Position numbers and translations under genes: made by a program. From NCBI RefSeq assembly GCF_009914755.1, contig NC_060926.1: a DNA stretch of 64,000 bases, one strand, 5' to 3'. The number at the start of each line of letters is the position of its first letter. The first letter of the stretch is position 1. Of the stretch, positions 1-12,921 are shown one piece after another. This stretch comes from the human T2T-CHM13v2.0 reference genome, Homo sapiens. The notes below the pieces were generated by a model. It was not told the DNA's origin. It made no database searches and saw only the letters and a program-made list of their open reading frames with translations.

Positions 1-1087
1 TGATTTGGAGTTTCAGACTTAAGAGCAATTATGAGAAATGAATTTGACATCAAAATCTTAGAATTGCTGAGGAATTTTAATTCATGGAGACAATGGAATG
101 TACCAGGATAGGTATATGACTTATTCTGGAAGATACAGACTATGTGGTTGCTATGCCTCACTAAGGGGAAATATATCTGAATGGTGCATGTGAAGGAGCC
201 ATCAATAGGTTCAAAGGCAAGGCTGGAGGAAACAGAGAAGCCAGCGCTTGCAGGCTATTGCAGAGGAAGAGAGGAACTGGTGGGCCAGGACAGGGCATGA
301 GAGCTGAGGGGTCCTGGGAGGGTCCTGAGAGGTGTGGGGGAAAGGGAGTAAAGAAAGTAAAGAATACAGGGGTAGAGAGACCGTTTCCACAATACCCACC
401 TCATAATTTTGCCCAAAGCCCACTTCTAAATTAAGAAGTGTACTTTTTCACATGTAAATAGAAATCTCTAGATGTTAACTTTATTTTGAGTAATATAAGA
501 CATACTTTGAATTATAAACTTTTCAGGCATTGTCAAGTCCCCAGGGAAAATGACGCAACCTTCAATATCTTCCCTACAACAACTGCGGATGGTGAAGCTC
601 AGAAACAATCCTTCCACAAATAGAGATAACATAGTTTCTTTTGCATTTATCTTTGGTCATTCAGCAGTTTGGAGACTTCTCAAAAGGCACTGAGGCGTTA
701 AGAAAATCCTCTTTTCACCAAATTGCTGTTCTCCCATGAAACTTTTCTGTTCTTTTAGAACACTTTAAAATTTCCTTGTTTCAGCATGTTAAAGAAATGT
801 GAAATTTAAGCGACTAAGTCAGCCTACTGGTTCACCAATGCAAAATTACTGCAATCTGTTTCTCAGTTTATCAGGCTCCCTAAAGACCATTAAGTCCTAT
901 GCACAGCCATAACAGCTTCATCTTCAAATGCTCAGAAACATAGCCCAGAAATTAAAATGGGAGTTTAATTTATTCCTTCTTCTGTTCAACCCTTAATCTT
1001 TTTTCCAGTGCTTCTGCAAGCTGATTTACTTTAAATTGCAATTATCCTAAGAAGAAAATTGTAAAGGAAAAAGAACAAGGTTCTCAA

Positions 1088-1378
1088 CCGGGCACAGTGG
1101 ATCACGCCTGTAATTCCAGCATATTGGGAGGCCGAGGCGGAGGGATCACCTAAGGCCAGGAGTTCAAGACCAGCCTGGCCAACATGGGGAAACCCTGTCT
1201 CTACTAAAAATCCAAAAATTAGCTAGGCATGGTGGCGGGCACCTGTAATCCCAGATACTTGGGAGGCTGAGGCATGAGAATCACTTGAATCTGGGAGGCG
1301 GAGGTTGCAGTGAGCTGCAACGCACTCCAGCCTGCGTGATGGAGCGCAACTCTGTCTCAAAAAAAAAAAAAACAAAAA
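1088..1378 (+). mobile_element. Alu SINE (AluS/J-type) with a short deletion in the right arm
   Basis: Starts ccgggcacagtggatcacgcctgtaattccagc, has the central A-rich linker and ends gtctc-poly(A). Degenerate target-site duplication (TSD) aacaagg(t/a)tct. Confidence 0.95.
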
Positions 1379-1583
1379 CAAGGATCTTTGCCATTAATTC
1401 TGCTTTCACGCTCTCCCTTTCTCATTTCCCATGTTCTATACTCCCTATCAAGCTCTGCCTTTCGAGTGTGGGGGCAGGGCAGAGTAGGGGAATCCTCACC
1501 CTACCAAAGCCTCTGATGACTCCTTCTTCCACTAAGCTCCTGCACCACTGATTATTTTAACCATTCACTTTATACTGAGCATG

Positions 1584-2356
1584 TGTATTACAGTTACTAT
1601 TACTGCGTAACAAATAACCACAAAACTTTGTGGCTTAAAACCACTTTACTATGCTCCTGGATTCTGTAGGTCAAGAATTAAGATAGCACACAGCTTATCT
1701 GTGCTCCACAGTGCCTGGACTTCTGCTGGGAATTACTCATGGGATGGAGGCTGGAGTTCTCCAGACAGCACAACCGCTGCCATCACGCTGGCTGCAGCAG
1801 AGAAACACGGCTGGGGCTTCATGCTCCATGGAGCCAGTGAGAGCTCTGCCCCTTCTGAGTTGGGGCAGGAGCTCCGCAGGTGTCGCTGCAACTACCCAAA
1901 CCATGGCTGCAGACTCATGCATCCTGCACTCTTGGGAGCCCAGGAAGGCCCCCCCTACCCTCACAGGCTCAGAAGTGACTGCTCCCACTGCCTGGCTTTT
2001 CCCTGCTATGGGTGCCTGCTCCCATGACTGGTGGTGGATCCTGGCTCTGCCTCAGTGGGACTTGAGCTGGGGCTGTCAACTAAAGCAGCTGCTTGAGCTC
2101 TCCATGTGGCCTGGGCTCCCTTATACCATGGTGGCCTTAGGGTAGTCTTTTTCTTTCCTGGACGCTCATCTGCAAAAGCAAGACAGAAGCTACAATGCCT
2201 TTTATGACCCAGCCTCCATAGCTATGCAGGCATTTCCTCTCCATCTACTGGTTACAAGTGAATCATTAAATCCGATCAGATTTAAAAGAAAGGACATACA
2301 TCCCACCTCTCAATGGAGTGCCAGAGAACTTGTGGATATGTTTTAAATCCACCACA
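1584..2356 (-). mobile_element. MLT1-family MaLR solo LTR, interrupted at 1759-2021 by a MER52 fragment
   Basis: Starts tgtatt..ttactgcgtaacaaataaccacaaaactt..ggcttaaaa, has the ctctccatgtggcctgggct..atggtggc motif and ends ttttaaatccaccaca. Matches reverse-oriented MLT1 consensus from memory. Confidence 0.75.
1759..2021 (+). repeat. 263-bp MER52 5' fragment, an inverted copy of 4907-5168
   Basis: Hand alignment to the reverse complement of 4907-5168 gives about 24 substitutions and 1 indel. ORF-track peptides 1701..2027(+) and 4798..5181(-) are near-identical over this stretch. Confidence 0.9.
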
Positions 2357-2429
2357 ATGTGCTTCTCTGTGTTATTATTTCTTATGTATGTTCTGGCTTT
2401 TAAGCTTTATATTCTTTAAACTGATAAAA

Positions 2430-2580
2430 TTTTCAGAAATAACAAATAAAAATACAGAATGCCCCCACTAGATTTGAATTTCAGATGAATAGGACATCCT
2501 TTTACTATTAAAAAAAATTATTTGTTGCCTATCTGAAACTTAATTTTAACTGGATGGCCCATCTTTTATCAGACAAGCCA
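2430..2580. mobile_element. MER53-like palindromic hAT MITE
   Basis: caaataaaaatacaga..tttgaatttcagat..tatctgaaacttaattttaactgg..ttttatc resembles the MER53 inverted arms. Confidence 0.7.
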
Positions 2581-3555
2581 ACCCAAGCACATATCCCTGT
2601 GCTATAGGCATCAGAGAGGTTTAATTATGCCAGTTATTGACCCAAATGTAATATCTGATTAGATTGCTAAATAATTACATGTACCAGATCTCTAGACTCT
2701 ACTCCCTCCATTGCAATCATAAAAGTAAAATCCCATATTCCACCTCCAGATCTTCAGGTTGCTACTTCAACATGACAGGAAAGTCCCTTGAAGCCTGGTC
2801 TAGGAGCACAATCCTACTCTACTCCCAGGAGAAAAATAAATCCTTAAGTAAAAATTTTCAGGTTTTAGAGTTTCCATCATTGTTAATTAGATTTGAACAC
2901 TCTACAGCAAAGTTCTCTTAGGTTTTGAAAATAAAATTGGGTAGTTTTATAAGAGCTGATTATTAAAAAAATAAGTAATGCTATTTCAAAATGCTCCTGC
3001 TTTTTTTGTCATCATCAACGCATTTCTCTTTCTGTACCATCTGTTGCAGAATATTCATTTTCTGAAAGGTTTTTTTCAGGTTGCTTGCTACACAATTTTC
3101 AACAACAGAGGAGCCATAGAGAGTACTCAACATTATTGTAAGTTGTTTAGAAATCCCAAGCCTTGTTTATGCACTGAATACATAAAAGTACTCTTACTGT
3201 TTTGTGGAAATTCACATTTTAATCTTCACACTTGTGTAGCTGAAAAAAAATATTGAGTTGTCCACTGGATTTCCTTCATGGAGAGAGCTGTTTTACTCAG
3301 AAACATATCTTCAGGTTTGTTTACAAAAATCAGGTCTTTGGGGGATGGATTTAGATGACAAAGAAGAGTTTTAAAAGAAAAGTACTCATAAAATGAAGAA
3401 ACAAAATCAGAGGTTGGGCATGACTGAGTTACTGAGTCAGGATGAAAAGAAAAAAGTTCAGAAGAAAAGTTAGCCCAGCCATGCATTGAAATACATGTCC
3501 CCTAAAAGAAAAGATGACCACTTTGTAAAAATATATACAATGTTTTTAAACAACG

Positions 3556-5374
3556 TGTGGTAGACTGTTTGCAAGTTGGCTCAATAATTCTTCTTCCTAT
3601 ATCCTTTTCCTTGATTATCCCCTACCCAACACTGATTCTGGGCTGGGCCTTCAGTCTTTCCTTGATCAATGGCAAATCTGACACAGGCAGAGATTTTTTA
3701 AGTGCTCATGTATTAAGAACATGTCTCCTGCTACTTTTCAGAACTTTGTGGCTGCTATCATGTTAAAAGCCAAGGCTAGTCTGCTAAATAATAAAAGAAT
3801 ATGGTCCAGTTGTTACAGGATCTTTGGGGTGTCACTTTTCTGGCCGGAAACCTCTGGCTGGTGGTGTGTTTGCCCACCTTTTGCTCAGGCCCAGCTTGTT
3901 CCACCCACTCGGCCTGGCAGGCTGCACTTGGATCACACTACCAGCATGGATGCCACATCTGCCAAGGGTGAGCCAGGCATGGAGCTGCAAGGGGTGTGTG
4001 AGCAAGTGAGTGTAGGGTCCGGCCACTGCACATAGTCACACTGGCTGCTGCAGTGTGGCAGGCAGCTCCAGGTGCTGACACAGGTGCCAGCTCTCTGCAA
4101 GGCTGCAGCTGGACCAGCTACACTGCAAGCAGCTTTCCCAACTGGCACCAAGGAATTCAGCAGCACGCAGAAGCTCAGAGATTCCAAAAACCATAGGGCC
4201 TCAAAGAGGGAGTCATGGCCCTGAATGTCTAGGCTCCCCAAAGGGCCTCAGCTCTTCTCTTCATCAGCAATGTGGTGAGCAAGGGGTATGTTTCTGTCCT
4301 GTGTCTGTTACAGATCTTCTAGACTTGCCATTTGGTGGGCCCCAAGTTCTTGTCCTGTGACCAGGAAGAATGAGGCACACAGACAAATGGAGGGTGAGCA
4401 AGATGAAGAGAAGCTTTATTGAGCAGTAGAAGAGCTCAGAGACCTGCTGTGGGTAGCTCCTTTCTGCAGCTAGGATGTTCCAACGAGTGTTCAGCCTTCA
4501 GCAGAGAGGAGGAGGCTCTGGGTTGGGTGGCTCCTCTCTGCTGGCAGCCCATGCCATCCTCTCTGCAGCTCTTAGCAGAGTAGAGACCCTGGAGTGGGAA
4601 GCTTCTCTCTGCTGCTGGTCATTCCATCATCTGCTCATCTCTAGCTGAGCCCAGGACTTTTATGGGCCCCAGAGGGGATGAAGTCACACCAATTGGTCCA
4701 TGGGCAGCCATGGGTGGGCCCAGAGAAAGCACCACAAGTTCCCACTCCATTCCGTGGGACTGGCAGCCCAGCCCCCAGCCTTCAGGCCCTCCCTGTCCTA
4801 AAGGTAGGGTCTCACTGGGGACCTTCCCCCTTCCACCCAGGAATCTGCCTGTCTCCTGCTGCCATTCATGGTGCCCAGGTTCAGCCCCAACTTTGCTCCA
4901 AGATGAGAGCAGGCACTGATAGCAGGGAGAATCCAGGCAGAGGGAGCAGGCATTTCTGAGCCTATGAGGGCAGGGGGGCCTTCCCGGGCCCCCAAGAGTG
5001 CAGGATGCGTGAGTCTGCAGCCACGGCTTGGGCAGCTGCAGCAACACCTGGGGAGCTTCTGCCCCAACTCAGAAGGGGCAGGGCTCTCACTGGCTCCATG
5101 GAGCATGAAGCCCCAGCCATGTCTCTCTGCTGCAGCCAGCATGATGACAGCGGTTGTGCTGTCTGGAGCGGCCGCTGCCATCAGTCATCCCTATCACCCC
5201 AGTCAACATCCAACACCAACTGGTCAAATTAAAAGTAAAGCCATTCTAGAATAATCAGCCCTCAGATGGACATGGAACTACTTGGTCAACCCACAGATTC
5301 AGGAACAATAATAAAATGATCGTTAGCTTAAATTTCTTGGGTGGTTTCTCATGAAGCAAAAGCTAACAGATGCA
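3556..5374 (+). mobile_element. MLT1-family MaLR LTR split by the MER52 insertion (pieces about 3556-3810 and 5184-5374)
   Basis: MLT1-type start tgtggtagactg. The end has aataaa..gtggtttctcatgaagcaaaagctaacagatgca, and MLT1-like sequence resumes right after the MER52. Confidence 0.6.
3811..5183 (-). mobile_element. MER52 (ERV1) solo LTR, about 1.37 kb
   Basis: On the minus strand it begins TGATGGCAGCGGCCGC and ends CCCCAAAGATCCTGTAACA (TG..CA termini). GC-rich, with a minus-strand AATAAA near 4415-4420. Confidence 0.85.
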
Positions 5375-5781
5375 AATATCTATTATCCAATTTTAAACTG
5401 TACACTGTACTATGATACAATCTTACTTTTTTGGTCCCACATATCCAATAAAAATTTTCTAGACAATCAGCCCATGATTGGTGGTGATTTGGAAGCAGAA
5501 TAAAATTGGGCAATGGCAGTAATTTAAAGATAGAATAGTGGAAGAACAGGCATGAGAAAGGAATTAATAGAGGAGAAGATAAATGGTACAATAGACAAAG
5601 AGAATAAAACAACATTAGAAACTCAGGCCAAGAATAAGTGGCTTTCATGAAACTGAAGATACCAGAAGAGACACTGGGTTAGAGGTTGTAGCCAATTACA
5701 TTAAATGTAAGAATACAATATCAACTCAGTTGATCTAGGGAACATCTAAGAAGCTGACACTCGGGTTGCCCTAAAATACAT

Positions 5782-5841
5782 CACACACACACACACACAT
5801 ACATACATACATACATACATACATACATACATACATACATA
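5782..5841. repeat. Compound microsatellite (CA)n(CATA)n
   Basis: Directly visible. Confidence 0.95.
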
Positions 5842-6137
5842 CCAGTTTGGTGGGGGAAGCTGATATACACTCTCTCTATGTGGTCATCTTTGACATTAAT
5901 TTGAAAGGCAACTTGGCCAGAATTAAAGATGAACCCAGTTCATAGAATGACAAAAGTCCTGGCTGTAACTTAGGTGTGTTCTTTTATTGTTTCTAGAAAT
6001 TCTCTCACCTTTCCTGTCTGTAAATAATTGTTTAGGAAAATATCATCAGTTTTGCTGATATTCACTCCCTAAAAATGGTATAACTGAGACCACATTGATT
6101 ACTACTGGAGGTTAGCACAGAAGAGGTGAGTTGAAGT

Positions 6138-6418
6138 TTTTTGTTTTTTGTTTTTGTTTTTGTTTTTGGAGATGAAGTCTCATTCTTTTGCCCAGGCTGG
6201 AATGCAGTGGCGCCATCTCAGTTCACTGTAACCACCACCTCCCAGGTTCAAGCAATTCTCCCTGCCTCAGCCTCTTGAGTAGCTTGGATTACAGGCACCT
6301 GCCACCACACCCCAGCTAATTTTGGTATTTTTTAGTAGAGACAGGGTTTTGCCATGTTGGCCAGGCTGGTCTTGAACTCCTGACCTCAGGTGATCCGCCC
6401 ACCTCGGCCTCCCAAAGT
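6138..6418 (-). mobile_element. 5'-truncated AluS
   Basis: (TTTTG)n tail and Alu body ending at cctcggcctcccaaagt. 14-bp TSD gtgagttgaagttt at 6126 and 6417. Confidence 0.95.
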
Positions 6419-8089
6419 GAGTTGAAGTTTATTAGTAGTTGCAGAATGCAGGTAAGAAGCTCAAGTAAAATGCAGACTGTGAGAGCAGCAAAATAGAAAG
6501 TTAATTATTTGGATGTTTACACTGAAATTTTAGTTTGCTCAACAAGATGTGGTATTAAGTTAAATTCCTTTTTTAAAAAAAGAACTCAGGTCAACAAGAA
6601 ACATTATCAAAAAATGTAAACTTTATACCAAGAAAGAGCCAGAATATTAATAAATAATTTTAAAATTGCAGCAATTTAAACTCCTAAAATTTCATAGAGT
6701 GATGTTTAGATTCCTCTTTCACTCTGAAATATCTCAACCTACTAATACTTCATTGGGTTAAAAGTAAACCCTTTCATAAAAGTGATATTTTATAAAATAA
6801 ATTATATACTATTCCTAGAAATTTAGTTTTTAAAAAAAAATTCATACACTTTTCCTAAAGTATACATGCCCAGAACTATACAGGAAGTATTTACAAATTA
6901 AGAAGATCTTACTGGAATACAAAAGAATAAGAATTTTAATTATATCTGAAAGAAATTATAATGAAATGTAAATAAAATTTTATTTTAATTTTTCATTTGG
7001 AATAATTCTGGTTAATTTGTAGTGTCTGTGCACTAAAATAGATATTCCATTTACATAGAGCAGTGCTTAGATAACCTGTCTAATTATTTGAGAGTTATCA
7101 GCACTTTAAGCCATTCCTAAACTAGCAATATAAATTTGATACATTACACAAAACATTTCAAGAGGAAATTTGCTATTTCTTGAACATTGCTTAGAATACT
7201 AACCGAATGATCTTAATTTTAAACATGCTGTCAATCATTATAATCACAGAAAACAGTCATATTCAGAGAAATGGAAAAAAGTACTTCCCATGAAGAACTA
7301 CTTAAAATGAGAAAAGTAATCATTTGCTCAGTCCAAGGATATGGAGAATACAGTGGAAAGTTTATCGAAAAAGACAACCAATGAAAGAAGTTACAGGTTT
7401 TCAGAAATCAAAGTTTTTAAAAGATAGTCTATACGTATTTTATTATTATCCCTAAGCATGCTACTACTGATTAATTTTAATTTCTGCATTTGTTGCTAAT
7501 TGATGAGGAAAATGCATGCCATATATATAAAATAGCCATTCCTGGTAAGAATTCACAGCATTCTAAGAAATTTAACCCAAGACAGTTTTGAAAGCCAGGT
7601 TATATTGGTTTTTTAAGTGTTTCATGATTGTTACTCTTTTTTTAACTCATAAAAGATTTACCAAGTGTTTAGTATTATACGTCAGGTACTCTCAAAGAGT
7701 TTTTTCCACTCTAATGAAGAAAATAGAAAAGTGAACCAAAGAAAGAAAGATATTTTCTTTCTAACGTTTCTTAAAGTGTGACTTAGTGGCCAGCTTCAGA
7801 ATCACTTCATCAGTCTCTGGGTTGGGGGCCTGAGGGGAGTGGATTTTTTTTTTTAATCATGTTCCTTGGTGGATATTTTTCCTAAGATTTTAAAACCACT
7901 CACCTAAAACTGAGAGCATTTGACCTTAACAATTCATTTCAAGCCCGTCTCTGCCCTGGGCCCTGCCCTGGTCCAATTAGACCTACCGATGACAAGAGGC
8001 CCCGCCAATGCAGAAGGTGACCTCAAGCCCAACCTATCTGTGGTACTACCCATCAGGGCTGCTAATCAAATATTTCTGGTGCTTTCCTC

Positions 8090-8432
8090 TTCCTACACTA
8101 GCTGTTCCCTCACAGCTAGTTGTGACCCTGTGATCAGTAGTGGCATATGAGATGTAAACAGAAGTCATTCCAGGCAGAGGTGTCATTCCAGGCAGAGGTG
8201 TCACTCCAGCCAGAGGTTTTAAAAGCTAAAGCATGAGTTTCCATATCCTTTTCTAAATTCCTTCATAACTGTGGAAACACAGGAATGGATTCTCCCTCAG
8301 TCCTTGAGTAAGGACAATGTGGAGCACATCTCCAATGGATGGCCTCGTGAAATACGGGTAAGAAATAAACCTGTTTTTTAAGTCATTAAGACATTTAAGT
8401 TTGCTTGTTTCCACTATCCTGATGGCTACATA
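8090..8432 (+). mobile_element. Old MLT1-family LTR containing a triplicated 18-mer
   Basis: Has gagatgtaaacagaagt, and a 3' part agaaataaacctgttttttaagtcattaagacattt..ttgctt typical of MLT1. Confidence 0.55.
8164..8217. repeat. 3 x 18-bp tandem repeat gtcattccaggcagaggt
   Basis: Units at 8164, 8182 and 8200; the third has 2 mismatches. Confidence 0.9.
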
Positions 8433-8951
8433 ACCACACCAGCTACATAAAGTACAAAAAGTCATCAATCCATTGATCCAGAGTAAAGGGAGAACTTTCA
8501 AACCTCTGTTATCCCCTCCTAAATTTCACCCAAGCATCATAGTCAAATTGTGTCTCTGAGTATTCCACAAATCCAGAGCTGCTCACCAAGGGTGAAGTAA
8601 AAAGAGAGGAAGGAGTAGCTTCGAACTAAATGTTAATGTGAACTGTACTTGTGATGGGAATTACATCTTAGAATCAAAATTCCAATTAAACACACCTGCA
8701 CATACACACACCAAAACATCTCAAGGATGTCACATCTTCCAGGTCTCATATTTTTTTAATGCTTCCAAGGCCTATCTGATTTTCAGACTTATCTCCTGTG
8801 ACTTTGTCAATAGGATATCATGCCATTACTGTTCAATAGGATATCATACTGTCACTTAATGACATATGACTTTATTACAATGACTGTGGAAGATAGGTAT
8901 GAAATATCTCTATAGCACTGTCACAGAAAGAATAAATTACTCCCCAAGGTA

Positions 8952-9280
<329 letters not shown>

Positions 9281-9321
9281 TCCTCAAGGTATTTATATAA
9301 TGAAAATTCAAACCCAGTTTT

Positions 9322-9660
9322 TTTCATTCATTCAACTATTTAACAAGTATTTATAGCTACTGAGGATACAGCAGTGAACAAAACAGACAAAAATCCATGC
9401 CCTGTGGATGTTATAATATAGAAAAAGAAGACAGGAAATAAACGAATAAGCTTATCATATAACATACCAGCAGGTCATAAATACCATGAAATTAATAAAA
9501 CAAAAATTGTATATCTAACTTTTCAGAGTGAAGGTGTCTTGCATTTCCAAATAGAGTGGAAAAGGAAAGTATTCATGAGAAAATGGCACTGAAGGAATGG
9601 AAGGCCACATACTGACAGCAGAGGGGAAGCTCTTCAGGAAAAGGGAAGAGCAAGTACAAA
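9322..9660 (-). mobile_element. L2 LINE 3' fragment, continuing at about 10155-10200 after LOR1a
   Basis: ttcattcattcaa..aagtattta..gatacagcagtgaacaaaacagacaaaaatcc is the typical reverse L2 3' end. Confidence 0.75.
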
Positions 9661-9662
9661 GG

Positions 9663-10154
9663 TGTCACCAAAATGCCAGGGGTTCAGTCCAGGTCCTGCT
9701 GCTCACTGTGCACAAAGCCAGTCACTGAGACAATAAGTATTGCCAGAGAAGAAGGTGCTGCCGCTGAGGAGATGGGAGACCAGTCTCAAATCCATCTCCC
9801 TGATGGTCTAGAATTAAGGGTTTAAATGGCAGAGAAGAAATGTAACGTGGGGGGAAAAAAAAAGACAGGATTTAGGGATGAGTAAGGAAGAGGAATTGGT
9901 CAACCAGAAGCAGGTGGTTAGTTAGGCAATTATGATGGGTGTTGGGTCTAGTGTCTCATCGTCCAGATGTGGTGATCTGGTAAGTTTCAGTTCCTTGATA
10001 CTATCTGGGAGGCCTGATGGTTGGTTTTCTGAGAAAGCAACTCACATAAGATAATTGTAACTTTCTCAAGTTTTAAGATTGGGAGGGCCAATTTCTATGT
10101 TTATTCAAAATAAACCATAAATATCAGTTCTATAGGACAATTGGGCCGGTTTCA
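9663..10154 (-). mobile_element. LOR1a-like (ERV1) solo LTR
   Basis: Minus strand begins TGAAACCGGCCCAATTGTCC and ends ..GGTGACA. 4-bp TSD aagg at 9659-9662 and 10155-10158. Confidence 0.8.
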
Positions 10155-10235
10155 AAGGCAGGAAAGCCAAAGTATGCCTGGATTGTTTGAGGAATAGCAC
10201 TTTAAGTACACTTAAAATGAGTGCATTTCACTATA

Positions 10236-10471
10236 CAGTTGTCTCTCAGCATAGTGGGGGATTGGTTCCAGAACCCCCGCGTATACCAAAATTCATGCAA
10301 ACTCAAGGCCCAAGGTCAGAACTGCAGAACCCACATACATGTGAATAGTCAACCCTCCCTATACTGGAGTTTCACATCAATGAATACTGTATTTTCCATC
10401 CACGTTTGGTTGAAAAAAGTCTATGTACAAGACCCATGAAGTTCAAACCCATGTTGTTCAGGGGTCAACTG
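10236..10471. mobile_element. MER8 (TcMar-Tigger MITE)
   Basis: Terminal inverted repeats cagttg..caactg, TA on the left, internal ggattggttccag..ataccaaaat and gttcaaacccatgttgttca. Confidence 0.85.
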
Positions 10472-10534
10472 CGTGTAAATTTACCTTTATGTAAATAAAG
10501 CTGATGTTTTTAAAATAAAATAAAAGGTTCATAT

Positions 10535-10820
10535 TACAGGATGAGTTCTCATAGAAGCAGATTCTAACAAGCACTTTACAGCACATGATGTTACTTAGGA
10601 AGTGACCTTGGGAACGGCACCTGTGGAAGGGGGAGGAACTAAGTGGGAGTGAATAAAGGGAGAAGGCACATTGGGACTTCAGGCCAAAATACAGCTTCTG
10701 CAGACTCCATGGGGACTAACAAGACCCTTCAGAGTTATCGTACATTTGGAAAAAATGACCAGGCCTTTATACCTCCACCTGTATCAGTCACTCAGCATGG
10801 GCTGAGTCCTGGGAAGAGGG
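10535..10820 (-). mobile_element. Old ERVL LTR fragment (LTR16-like), probably resuming at about 13220-13320
   Basis: gagttctcatagaagcagattct..tgttacttaggaagtgacc..ggcacctgtgg resembles reverse LTR16-class consensus. Confidence 0.5.
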
Positions 10821-11117
10821 TATTGGGACTAAGAAAACAATACCCCTAAAAGAAGCCTTCAAAAACAGCCTCAGAAGCAAGAGTTTCCTCCGACCTTCTC
10901 CTGCCCTTCTGTCTCTCAGTTCCATTCTCCCCTGAGGCTAGCCTAGAAACTAGAATTCCTCTTCTCCAAGAGGGGTGGGGGTTGCGGGGTTATAGAAACC
11001 AGGACCCCTTTTCCCTGAAAATCTAAAAATATTACTGTAACTTTTCTGCCACTTTTCTGCGGAAAAACTTACCATAAAGAAATTATCTGACCTACCTTGT
11101 TTGACTGTAGGTCATCA

Positions 11118-12556
11118 TGAGAGGTGACACCCGGGCTCGCTCTCGGCGCCTCCTCGGCCTTGGCGCCCACTCTGGCTTCAGCCCGCAGCTGCACCGTGGG
11201 AGCCCTTTTCTGGGCTGGCCAAGGCCCAAGCCGGCTCCCTCAGCTTGCGAGGAGATGTGGAGGGAGAGGCGCAGGTGGGAACCTGGGCTGCGCCAGGCGC
11301 TTGCGGGCCAGCGCGAGTTCCGGGTGGGCGTGGGCTCGGCGGCCCGGCACTCGGAGCGGCGCCGCACCTGGCAGTGAGGGGCTTAGCACCTGGGCCAGCA
11401 GCTGCTGTGCTCGATTTCTCGCCGGGCCTTAGCTGCCTCCCCACAGGGCAGGGCTCGGGACCTGCAGCGGGCCATGCCTGAGCTTCCGCCGTGGACTCCT
11501 GCGCCTCCGGAGCCTCCCCGACCAGCGCCGCCCCCTGCTCCACGGCGCCCAGTCCCATCAACCGCCCAAGGGCTGAGGAGTGCGGCCGCAGGGCGCGGGA
11601 CTGGCAGGCAGCTCCCCCTGCGCTCTGGTGCGGGATCCACTGGGTGAAGCCAGCTGGGCTCCTGAGTCTGGTGGGGACTTGTTGAATCTTTATGTCTAGC
11701 TAAGGGATTGTAAATACCCCAATCAGCACTCTGTATCTAGCTCAAGGTTTGTAAACACACCAATCAGCACCATGTGTCTAGCTCAGGGTTTGTGAATGCA
11801 CCAACTGGCACTCTGTCTCTAGTTAATTTGGTGGGGACTTGGAGAACCTTTATGTCTAGCTAAGGGATTGTAAATACACCAATCAGCACTCTATCTAGCT
11901 CAAGGTTTGTAAATGCACCAATCAGCACTCTGTGTCTAGTTCAGGGTTTGTAAATACACCAATCGACACTCTGTATCTAGCTAATCTAGTGGGGAGGTGG
12001 AGAACTTTTGTGTCTAGCCCAGGGATTGTAAAGGCACCAATCAGCACCCTGTCAAAACGGACCAATCAGCTCTCTGCAAAACAGACCAATCGGCTCTCTG
12101 TAAAATGGACCAATCAGCAGGATGTGCGTGGCACCAGATAAGAGAATAAAAGCAGGCTGCCCCAGCCAGCCTGGTAACCCTCTAGAGTCCTTTTCTGCAT
12201 TGTGGAAGCTTTGTTCTTTTGCTCTTTGCAATAAATCTTGCTGTTGCTCACTCGTTGGGTCCACACTTCCTTTATGAGTTGTAACGCTTACCGTGAAGGT
12301 CTGCAGCCTCACTCCTGAAGCCAGCAAGACCACGAACCCACCAGGAGGAATGAAAAACTCCAGACGTGCCGTCTTAAGAGCTGTAACACTCACCATGAAG
12401 GTCTGCAGCTTCACTCCTGAGCCAGTGAGACCACCAACCCACCAGAAGGAACAAACTCTGGACACACTGCCTTTAAGAACTGTAACACTCACCGCGAGGG
12501 TTCGCGGCTTCATTCTTGAAGTCAGTGAGACCAAGAACCCACCAATTCCAGACACA
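11118..12556 (+). mobile_element. LTR12C-type (ERV9) solo LTR, 1439 bp
   Basis: Starts TGAGAGGTGACA and ends CCAATTCCAGACACA, with a perfect ATCA TSD (11114-11117 and 12557-12560). CpG-rich U3, tandem tctagct..ccaatcagcac units, and U5 repeats cttcactcctgaagccag. Confidence 0.95.
11690..12240 (+). promoter_or_regulatory. LTR12 enhancer/promoter: 9 CCAAT (NF-Y type) boxes, TATA-like AATAAAA and LTR poly(A) signal
   Basis: CCAAT at 11719, 11760, 11879, 11918, 11959, 12037, 12062, 12086 and 12110; AATAAAA at 12145-12151; AATAAA at 12230-12235. Activity is inferred from family knowledge only. Confidence 0.7.
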
Positions 12557-12608
12557 ATCAGATTCCCATTCCAGAGTGGGTCCCACCCCATTCCTAGGAA
12601 AAAGAAAC

Positions 12609-12921
<313 letters not shown>

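Noticed and set aside
3185-3250. Minus-strand 42-nt exon-like segment (ttttttttcAG..GTAAGA)
   Set aside because: Stops in all three frames and no supporting neighbouring exons; compatible with chance.
1701-5254. Near-identical peptides in ORFs 1701..2027(+) and 4798..5181(-), suggesting a duplicated gene
   Set aside because: They are translations of GC-rich MER52 LTR sequence and its inverted copy; several overlapping frames are open by composition.
8164-8217. Three 18-bp direct repeats, superficially CRISPR-like
   Set aside because: There are no spacers and the context is a eukaryotic LTR, so this is a simple tandem slippage repeat.
11690-12120. Regularly spaced ccaatcagcac repeats resembling an array
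   Set aside because: This is the known internal tandem-repeat structure of ERV9/LTR12 U3.
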